A stretch of DNA of 64,000 nucleotides, taken from the NCBI GenBank assembly GCA_949296855.1, contig CASFRN010000164.1, forward strand, positions 8,127 to 72,126, written 5' to 3'. This DNA comes from an uncultured Bacteroides sp. (GTDB lineage: Bacteria > Bacteroidota > Bacteroidia > Bacteroidales > Bacteroidaceae). Of this stretch, positions 10,456-17,372 are shown one piece after another. The notes beneath the pieces were generated by a model. The model ran no database searches. It saw only the letters and a program-made list of their open reading frames with translations, and was not told where the DNA came from. A program made the translations under genes and the position numbers. Position 1 is the stretch's first letter. The number at the start of each line of letters is the position of its first letter.

Positions 10456-10489
10456 ATTATAAATAGTAAAATTGTAAATTAGTAAAGAT

Positions 10490-10801
10490 ATGGATAATCA
10501 ATTTGTAATCAATCAGGAAGGGAATGCCTTGACAATCGTTTTGGGCGAACAGCTGACCACAGGCAATGCGCCTGCGCTTATGGAAGAATTGAATAAGTAT
10601 AAAGACCAGGGCATAGAGAAGGTTGTCTTTGATGCGACTAAATTGGCTTACATTGCCAGCAGCGGCATCCGTACCATTATTTTCGCTAAGCAGAAGTTAG
10701 GAGGGAATCCTGTTATTGAATTTGTAAACTGCGCTTCGGATATCCGCAGCGTGTTCGAAATGACCGGCTTGCAGAATTATATTACTTTCGTTAGCAAATA
10801 A
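10490..10801 (+). CDS. STAS-domain protein (second anti-sigma-antagonist paralogue)
   Basis: DATKLAYIASSGIRTII loop, with Ser-Ser codons at 10658-10663. 103 aa. Confidence 0.85.
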   Translation: MDNQFVINQEGNALTIVLGEQLTTGNAPALMEELNKYKDQGIEKVVFDATKLAYIASSGIRTIIFAKQKLGGNPVIEFVNCASDIRSVFEMTGLQNYITFVSK

Positions 10802-10810
10802 GCCGATGCT

Positions 10811-11224
10811 ATGAAAGAATTATATTTCCAGCCGATAGCGGGCAAAGCAGAAGAAATCATTGATGCCATCCTCCGGACAAAGGAGGTGGCATCGTGCACC
10901 AAGGAATTGTACGCCATTCATTTGGTGTGCGAAGAACTGGTGGTGAACGTTGTGAGCTATGCCTATTCTGATGAGGCGGAAGGTTATCTGAAGGTGCAGG
11001 TAGAAAAAGAAGACGGATGCATTACATTGCGCTTTATAGACGGAGGCGTTGCGTTCAATCCGTTGGAAAGAGAGATGCCGGATGTTTCCCTTCCTCTGGA
11101 AGAACGTCAGATTGGGGGGCTTGGAATATTCCTTACCGTTCAGATGATGGATGAAGTATTGTATGAACGGGTGGATGACGAGAATGTATTAACGATTAAA
11201 AAACGTATTGGCAATGAAGAATAA
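10811..11224 (+). CDS. GHKL-type anti-sigma regulatory factor / serine kinase (RsbW/SpoIIAB-like)
   Basis: 137 aa. N-box-like ELVVNVVSYAY and G-box GGLGIFL. Lies immediately downstream of a STAS gene. Confidence 0.8.
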   Translation: MKELYFQPIAGKAEEIIDAILRTKEVASCTKELYAIHLVCEELVVNVVSYAYSDEAEGYLKVQVEKEDGCITLRFIDGGVAFNPLEREMPDVSLPLEERQIGGLGIFLTVQMMDEVLYERVDDENVLTIKKRIGNEE

Positions 11225-11771
11225 GATAGGAATCCTCATAGAAAGCGATTTTTACGAAAATGAAATCTTCTATTACCAGTTCCGCTTTAAGGAAGCGGGT
11301 TACGAAGTTCATTTTCTTTCGCGTTTGTGGGGAAACGATAGCATCACTTTCAACGGTCATGAGTTTCGTGCGCCGTTCTATTGCAACGAGAGCTTTGAGG
11401 CGCTTGACGATAAGGCTCTCGATGAGTATGCCGCTGTGATAGTTCCTGCGGGAATGGTGTCGGACCGCCTTCGTTATACCGAGGATGTGCACAAGCTTCC
11501 TCCCGCTTGCGTGTTCCTGCAAAAGGTCTTTGCGCGTCAGGACATTATAAAAGGCGTGATTTGCCACGGCTTATGGCTGCTTTCTCCGGTATCGGATTTG
11601 GTAAAAGGAAGAAAGATGACCGTGCATAATAACCTCTTGGGCGATGCTAAGAATTATGGCGTGGAGTATGTTGATGCGGATGTTGCGGTGGACGGCGACT
11701 TGGTTTCAGCCCGTACCGGAGGACATTGTTATTTGCTTGCGTCTGAGATACTGAAGGCGTTGGCTAAATGA
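11214..11771 (+). CDS. DJ-1/PfpI family protein
   Basis: Nucleophile elbow ICHGLWLL. The ATG at 11214 overlaps the kinase gene end by 11 nt; the track start at 11208 is TTG. Confidence 0.8.
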   Translation: MKNKIGILIESDFYENEIFYYQFRFKEAGYEVHFLSRLWGNDSITFNGHEFRAPFYCNESFEALDDKALDEYAAVIVPAGMVSDRLRYTEDVHKLPPACVFLQKVFARQDIIKGVICHGLWLLSPVSDLVKGRKMTVHNNLLGDAKNYGVEYVDADVAVDGDLVSARTGGHCYLLASEILKALAK

Positions 11772-11868
11772 AACATCGTTCGTAAGTAGATTTGAAAAAA
11801 TGCCAGTCGGATGCTGGCAAGAATGCATACGGCTTCATCGGCTGACGGAGCTATATGTATTGCCCGAT

Positions 11869-11909
11869 GGAACTGGCTTCATCAGCCAACGGAGCCAGTT
11901 CCGTTTTTT
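11869..11909 (+). terminator. Rho-independent terminator closing the 4950-11771 operon
   Basis: A perfect 10-bp stem, GGAACTGGCT (11869-11878) pairing with AGCCAGTTCC (11893-11902), followed by a T-run at 11904-11909. Confidence 0.75.
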
Positions 11910-11926
11910 ACATTAAACAATACAGG

Positions 11927-13483
11927 ATGAAGTTCGAAGTGAAAAAATACGGTTGGTATATCTGGAGTGCCTTGCTTCTTGCCGGAGTGGGGGGATTGGC
12001 TTATTTCAATAGCTTATTGTCCGAGCAGGTAGATGATTTGCGGGCCAGGCTGGACGAGTATAAGGAGCAAGAAGGTCATTCATTTGTAGTAGAGCGCATC
12101 AGTAAGCAGATGGAAGAAATCGCTTACCAGCAAAAAGACATTTCCGAAAAGCAACGTGAAGAAGCCGTATTCCAAATGGGAGTGGCGGAGCAGATGCGTA
12201 TGCGTGCGGAAGGAGAACGGAAAAAGGCGGAAGAGTTTTCCCGTAATGCTGTGGAAGCAAGGAATATGGCGGAAGAGCAACGTGAACTGGCCATTCTACG
12301 GCAACATCAAGCGGAATATTCGAAAAGAGTAGCGGATACATTGAGTAACGTGGCGCTGGGGCGTGCCTTGGCTTTGCTTTCCAATGTACAATATAGGGCG
12401 GGCAACAAGGATGTGGCGTCTCTGCTTGCATATGCGGCATGGAAATATACATCAGAGTATAAGGGGAATGTGTATCAGCCTGTCATTTTTAATGCGTTGG
12501 GGCAAACAAGTGAAAGTTTTATTTCGCGGAATATTCATAAAGGAGGCGTCACCCAAATCGTTCCGGTTCATGAAGAAGACAACGTTTATGTTTCGGTAAG
12601 CAATTATGGCGAAATCCGCCGGTGGAGTTGTGATGGAGAGACTGTAGCGGATGAATTGTTGTTCGGCGACTCGGATTATAACTTTAGAGACGTTTGCTTG
12701 GATGAGGGAAATGTAGTTTATGCCCTTTCTGCTGGCGGAAAGTTATTGGTTGTTGACGGAAAGGCAGAGCGGACAATCCTTTTGCCCGAAGAGGAAAAGT
12801 GGATGAGAGTGGTTCCTTTTGGCAGCGGGCGGTTGCTTTTGGCTTCATCCGTACATTTATATATATATGATAGAGATGATAGCCGGATAACGGATACCGT
12901 GTCTCTTCCGGAAGAGCTTACCGCTATCGGAGAGAAGGAAGGGCAGTGGCTGGCGTTCGGCAGTGAAGGAGGGTTATGGGAGATAAGTCCCGCAGGTGAC
13001 TTGGTGCCGCAAGAACGTTTCGTTAAAGAGCGGGTTACGGCTTTTGCATGGTCCTCGGATTTGAGGATGGGGGCGGTCGGCGTAGAAGACGGCAATATCT
13101 ATTTGATGGACGATATAGGGAATGTCGTGAAATCGTTGGTCGGTCACCGTTCCCGCATTACCCGGCTTCTGTTTAAAGACCGTTACTTGTTTTCGTCCAG
13201 TTACGATTGTACGGTCAGCTTGTGGGATATCCGTGCCGACAAGCAGGAGGCGGTTTCGCTGAAGACGTTGCCCGGATGGGTATATTGTTTTTGTCTTTCG
13301 GAGGACAATGCGATATGGACGGGCGACGAGAGCGGGGCAGTGTCGCGCATTATGATTTCCCCTGACGAGATGGCTGCCCTTATTCAGAACAAGCTGAAGC
13401 GTGACTTTACCGATGAGGAATGGTTGTACTACGTAGGGCGTAATGTGCCACGGATGCGGCTTAAATTGTTAAACCTTAAATGA
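11927..13483 (+). CDS. Membrane-anchored coiled-coil protein with a C-terminal WD40 beta-propeller
   Basis: The ATG at 11927 lies after the terminator and gives MKFEVKKYGWYIWSALLLAGVGGLAYF, a TM helix. An E/R/K/Q-rich coiled coil follows. A canonical WD repeat is present (GHRSRITRLLF...SSSYDCTVSLWDI). Confidence 0.75.
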   Translation: MKFEVKKYGWYIWSALLLAGVGGLAYFNSLLSEQVDDLRARLDEYKEQEGHSFVVERISKQMEEIAYQQKDISEKQREEAVFQMGVAEQMRMRAEGERKKAEEFSRNAVEARNMAEEQRELAILRQHQAEYSKRVADTLSNVALGRALALLSNVQYRAGNKDVASLLAYAAWKYTSEYKGNVYQPVIFNALGQTSESFISRNIHKGGVTQIVPVHEEDNVYVSVSNYGEIRRWSCDGETVADELLFGDSDYNFRDVCLDEGNVVYALSAGGKLLVVDGKAERTILLPEEEKWMRVVPFGSGRLLLASSVHLYIYDRDDSRITDTVSLPEELTAIGEKEGQWLAFGSEGGLWEISPAGDLVPQERFVKERVTAFAWSSDLRMGAVGVEDGNIYLMDDIGNVVKSLVGHRSRITRLLFKDRYLFSSSYDCTVSLWDIRADKQEAVSLKTLPGWVYCFCLSEDNAIWTGDESGAVSRIMISPDEMAALIQNKLKRDFTDEEWLYYVGRNVPRMRLKLLNLK

Positions 13484-13490
13484 TTGGACT

Positions 13491-16400
13491 ATGATGAAGC
13501 GGTATTTTTTATGTTTGGTTATCATCTTGCTTGCCGGTGTCGGACAAATGATGGCAAAAGACGGACTTCCTTTCTTTGTCAACTATGTACCTGAGGTTTA
13601 CCATGCGCATAACCGTAATTTTGATATCGTGAGCGATGATAACGGACGGGTGTATGTAGCCAATTTCGAAGGTGTTTTGTATTATGACGGAACGGAGTGG
13701 CATACGATTCATGCTCCGGGCATCTTCCGGATTACCAAATTATTTAAGGACAGCAACGGGCGGATTTGGGTTGGAGGATATAATTTGTTCGGATATTTGG
13801 TTGCCGGCGGGAACGGAGAACTGGAGTTGCGGCTGGTGTTTTCTAAAAACAATAAAGGCTTTTTGGGCGAAGTGACGGATGTCGAAGAGAAGGAGGGGAA
13901 GATTTGTGTCACCACTTCGCTGGGAGATGCGGATATTCAGGATGACTCGATGGATGGTTTTATCGTAAGCCAGGACAAATCTGATGATGTCCGGTATTAT
14001 AAAGAGGCAGTGGTAAATAAGCGGCTGGCGTTGTCTGATGGTTCTGTTCTGTTGGCTACGGCTGGAAGCGGTTTTGTGATGTTGGATAAAGAGGGGAATG
14101 AAGTGTATGCGTTAACGGAGCAAAATGGTTTGTGTAATAATAACGTAAATAGTCTTTATGCCGATTCGTTAGGTTATGTTTGGGGAGCTACCGATAATGG
14201 AATCTTTTTGGTGAATATACGTACGGCATACACTTATTTCCGTTCGAATGAAGGCTTGTCGGGTGAAGTGCAATCTATTTGCCATACTGCTCATGGGCTT
14301 TATGTAGGCACTTTGCAAGGCCTGTTCTATAAAGAAGGGGATGTTTTCGAAGCGGTTGGAGCGATTCAGTATGCTTGTTGGCAACTGCTGCAAGATGCGT
14401 CCGGGAATGTTTATGCTTCTACGGCTGGCGGGCTGTATATAGTACGTGGCAGGCAAGTGCAACAAATAACAGATAGCCACACGCTTTCTGCATACGTTTG
14501 CGGAGACGGGGTGTATTATACAGGTGAAACGGACGGCGTTTATCAAATCCGGCATGGTGAAAGGAGACAGATGAATATCATCGAGAAAGCGACCTGTTTT
14601 TATATGGATGCTGATAATACTTTATGGGTAAGGAATATCTACGGGCAGGTGTTCCGTTGCGAAGGGGATTATTCCGGTTATGTTATTCTTGCTCCGGAGA
14701 ATGCAAAAGGAGAGAAGGACAGTTTTAACAATACGCTTTTCGTTCAAGACGGAATCATTTTTGTGTTAAGCCATGTAGGATTGTTCAAATGGAATCATGC
14801 AGAAGGTAAATTGGTAGAGGTTGCCGACCGTTCTTCGTGGGCATCGGATATCCGATACCCTCGGTTTGTGTATCCAGAGATGAACCAACGCGTATGGGGA
14901 ACTGATAATGAGGGGAAGAGCCTGCATATATACACCCATAAGCAAGGAGTGGAGGAAACGAATGCTCTTTTGCGCCCGGTACATGATTTGACGATAGGGA
15001 CAATGGAGGTAAAAGGTGACGATGTGTGGCTTGGAGGAAACTTTGGCTTGATTCATTGGGATGCCGCAATGAAGGAGCCGGATTATGCGGAGGAAGCGCA
15101 TGTATATATCCGGCGTATTGTTATTGACAATGATTCGGTTGTATGGGGCGGATTTGATAAAGACGGCAGGTTAGAGGCTTTGCTTCCTTTTAAAGGGTTG
15201 ACATTCGAAAGTGGTATACGCGATATTAGAATATCTTTCTCAACCGATTTGTTCTCTGTTCTTGGAGCGACGGAATACCGTTATCGGCTGAATGCGGGTG
15301 ATGAATGGTCAGATTGGAGTACAGAGACTTCAGCGCGTTTTGCCAATCCGCGTTCGGGGCGTTACGTTTTTCAGATTATGGCACGCGACAGGTACGGGCG
15401 GGCGACGGAAGCGTTAAGCTTGCCTCTTACGGTGCGCTATCCTGTTTATATGCGGTGGTATAGTATTCTGTTATATGTTATTGTGCTTTCATTCGGTGTC
15501 TGGCTGCTGGTAAGATGGCGTATGCATCGTCTGTTAAAAGAGAAAATGCGCCTGGAAAATATCGTAGAAGAACGGACTTCGCAATTGCGTCGGCAAAAAG
15601 AAGAGATAGAAGAAAAATCAAAGAAGCTGGAGGTGGCTCTTGATGATTTGAGTAAGGCGCAATACCAGCTTATCCGCCAAGAAAAGATGGCTACGGTAGG
15701 TACGTTGACCAAGGGGCTTGTCGACCGTATCTTGAATCCGATGAATTATGTGAATAATTTCTCGCACATGAGCATTGGGCTGGTAAAAGATATTAAAGAC
15801 AATTTGGACGATGACCAGGAGAATATGACATCGGATATTTACGAAGACTCCATCGATGCGCTTGATATGCTGAATACGAATTTAAAGAAGATAGAAGAAC
15901 ATGGATTGAATACGACGCGCATCCTGAAAGCAATGGAGGAAATGCTGAAAGACCGGGGTGTTAATCTGTCGTTGATTGATATAGCGGCGATATGCCGTAA
16001 AAACATCGAGATGTTGCAATCGTATTATGCTAAAGATATAGCCGAGTGTCATATCAAGATAGAATCGCCGGACAAAGATGCAATAGCTGTAGCCGAAGTA
16101 GACGCGGAGCAGTTCAGTAAGGTTGTGATGAGCATGCTGGCGAATAGCATTTACGCGCTTCGCAAGAAGTCCCTGCAAAGGAAATCTTTTGAACCGATGA
16201 TTCGTTTAAGGGTTTCGACAGATGTTGGAGCCAGCATGGTGAAAGTAGGTGTTTATGATAACGGCGTCGGAATAGAGTCATCTATTATCGATAAGGTGTT
16301 CGATCCGTTCTTTACTACGAAAACCACGGCGGAAGCCGTCGGGGTAGGTATGTATCTTAGCCGGGAAATCATATTAAACCATGGCGGGAATATCACTGTC

Positions 16401-16499
16401 CGTTCGGTGAAAGACGAATATGCCGAATTTGTGATTTCTGTTCCTATCCATCATGCGGGGAATGCGAAAAAAGAAGCAGAAAAGGAACTCGATAATTAA
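13491..16499 (+). CDS. Two-component sensor with periplasmic beta-propeller/Y_Y_Y domains, one TM helix and a kinase core lacking the H-box histidine
   Basis: Signal/TM at the N-terminus, about 640 aa of propeller-like repeats, and a TM helix (YSILLYVIVLSFGVWLLV). The DHp-like segment reads QEKMATVGTLTKGLVDRILNPMNYV, with Asp (codon 15723-15725) where the His is expected. The HATPase_c N, G1 and G2 boxes are present (DNGVGI, GVGMYL). Confidence 0.85.
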   Translation: MMKRYFLCLVIILLAGVGQMMAKDGLPFFVNYVPEVYHAHNRNFDIVSDDNGRVYVANFEGVLYYDGTEWHTIHAPGIFRITKLFKDSNGRIWVGGYNLFGYLVAGGNGELELRLVFSKNNKGFLGEVTDVEEKEGKICVTTSLGDADIQDDSMDGFIVSQDKSDDVRYYKEAVVNKRLALSDGSVLLATAGSGFVMLDKEGNEVYALTEQNGLCNNNVNSLYADSLGYVWGATDNGIFLVNIRTAYTYFRSNEGLSGEVQSICHTAHGLYVGTLQGLFYKEGDVFEAVGAIQYACWQLLQDASGNVYASTAGGLYIVRGRQVQQITDSHTLSAYVCGDGVYYTGETDGVYQIRHGERRQMNIIEKATCFYMDADNTLWVRNIYGQVFRCEGDYSGYVILAPENAKGEKDSFNNTLFVQDGIIFVLSHVGLFKWNHAEGKLVEVADRSSWASDIRYPRFVYPEMNQRVWGTDNEGKSLHIYTHKQGVEETNALLRPVHDLTIGTMEVKGDDVWLGGNFGLIHWDAAMKEPDYAEEAHVYIRRIVIDNDSVVWGGFDKDGRLEALLPFKGLTFESGIRDIRISFSTDLFSVLGATEYRYRLNAGDEWSDWSTETSARFANPRSGRYVFQIMARDRYGRATEALSLPLTVRYPVYMRWYSILLYVIVLSFGVWLLVRWRMHRLLKEKMRLENIVEERTSQLRRQKEEIEEKSKKLEVALDDLSKAQYQLIRQEKMATVGTLTKGLVDRILNPMNYVNNFSHMSIGLVKDIKDNLDDDQENMTSDIYEDSIDALDMLNTNLKKIEEHGLNTTRILKAMEEMLKDRGVNLSLIDIAAICRKNIEMLQSYYAKDIAECHIKIESPDKDAIAVAEVDAEQFSKVVMSMLANSIYALRKKSLQRKSFEPMIRLRVSTDVGASMVKVGVYDNGVGIESSIIDKVFDPFFTTKTTAEAVGVGMYLSREIILNHGGNITVRSVKDEYAEFVISVPIHHAGNAKKEAEKELDN

Positions 16500-16532
16500 A
16501 GGAATAAAAAATAAACTCAAAAATCTCAATAT

Positions 16533-17372
16533 ATGGAAACGATAGAACAATTGAAGCGGCAGGTAGAAAGTTTGCAAGAACAATTAAGGCAACAAGAGAA
16601 GATGGCAACGTTGGGATTGCTTACAGCCGGAATCGTGCATGAGATTCGTAATCCGTTGAATTTTGTAATCAATTTCAGTAAGCTTTCCGGTGACTTGATA
16701 AAAGATTTGGGAGAAGACTTGGAGGCAAATGAAGATAATATAGATAATGATGACATGGATGATATTCGTGACATCATGGAAAATTTGAATGAAAACCTTC
16801 AGAAGATAAAGGAACATGGTGACCGGGCTGTTAGTATTATTCAGAATATTCTGCTGTATTCGCGCGGGAAAGAAGATGAGTTTATCCCGACAGATGTATG
16901 TAAGCTGGTAAAAGAATATGTATGGCTTTCTTATCATGCGATGCGTGCTAACCTGAAGAACTTCAATATCACCATTGAGGAGGATTATGAAGCGGCTCTT
17001 CCTTTGCAGCCGGTAGTGCCTCAAGACTTGAGCCGCGCGGTATTGAATGTGATGAACAACGCTTGTTATGCAGTGTGGGAAAAAGCAGGACAGAATATTC
17101 CCGATTACAAACCGACGGTTTCAATAAAAGTAGTTCGCAAGGGCAAGGAACTGCTTATCTCTATTACGGATAACGGCACAGGGATGAGCGATGAAGTAAA
17201 GCAACGTCTGTTCGAAACATTCTTTACCACGAAACCGACCGGACAAGGCACCGGTTTGGGGATGTATATCACTCGCAATATCATCGAAGAAAAACATCAC
17301 GGGCGGATTGAATTCGATTCTGAGGAAGGCAAGTTTACGGCATTTTCACTTATAATACCCATGAAGGAATGA
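16533..17372 (+). CDS. Soluble histidine kinase (HisKA + HATPase_c) with no sensor domain
   Basis: QEKMATLGLLTAGIVHEIRNPLNFV carries the His codon at 16638-16640. Also DNGTGM and GTGLGMY. No TM segment. Confidence 0.9.
   Translation: METIEQLKRQVESLQEQLRQQEKMATLGLLTAGIVHEIRNPLNFVINFSKLSGDLIKDLGEDLEANEDNIDNDDMDDIRDIMENLNENLQKIKEHGDRAVSIIQNILLYSRGKEDEFIPTDVCKLVKEYVWLSYHAMRANLKNFNITIEEDYEAALPLQPVVPQDLSRAVLNVMNNACYAVWEKAGQNIPDYKPTVSIKVVRKGKELLISITDNGTGMSDEVKQRLFETFFTTKPTGQGTGLGMYITRNIIEEKHHGRIEFDSEEGKFTAFSLIIPMKE

Noticed and set aside
11855-11926. Upstream ATG (MYCPMELASS...) given as the start of the WD40 gene in the ORF track
   Set aside because: This extension runs straight through the 10-bp-stem terminator with its T-run at 11869-11909. 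The ATG at 11927 yields a clean N-terminal TM helix.
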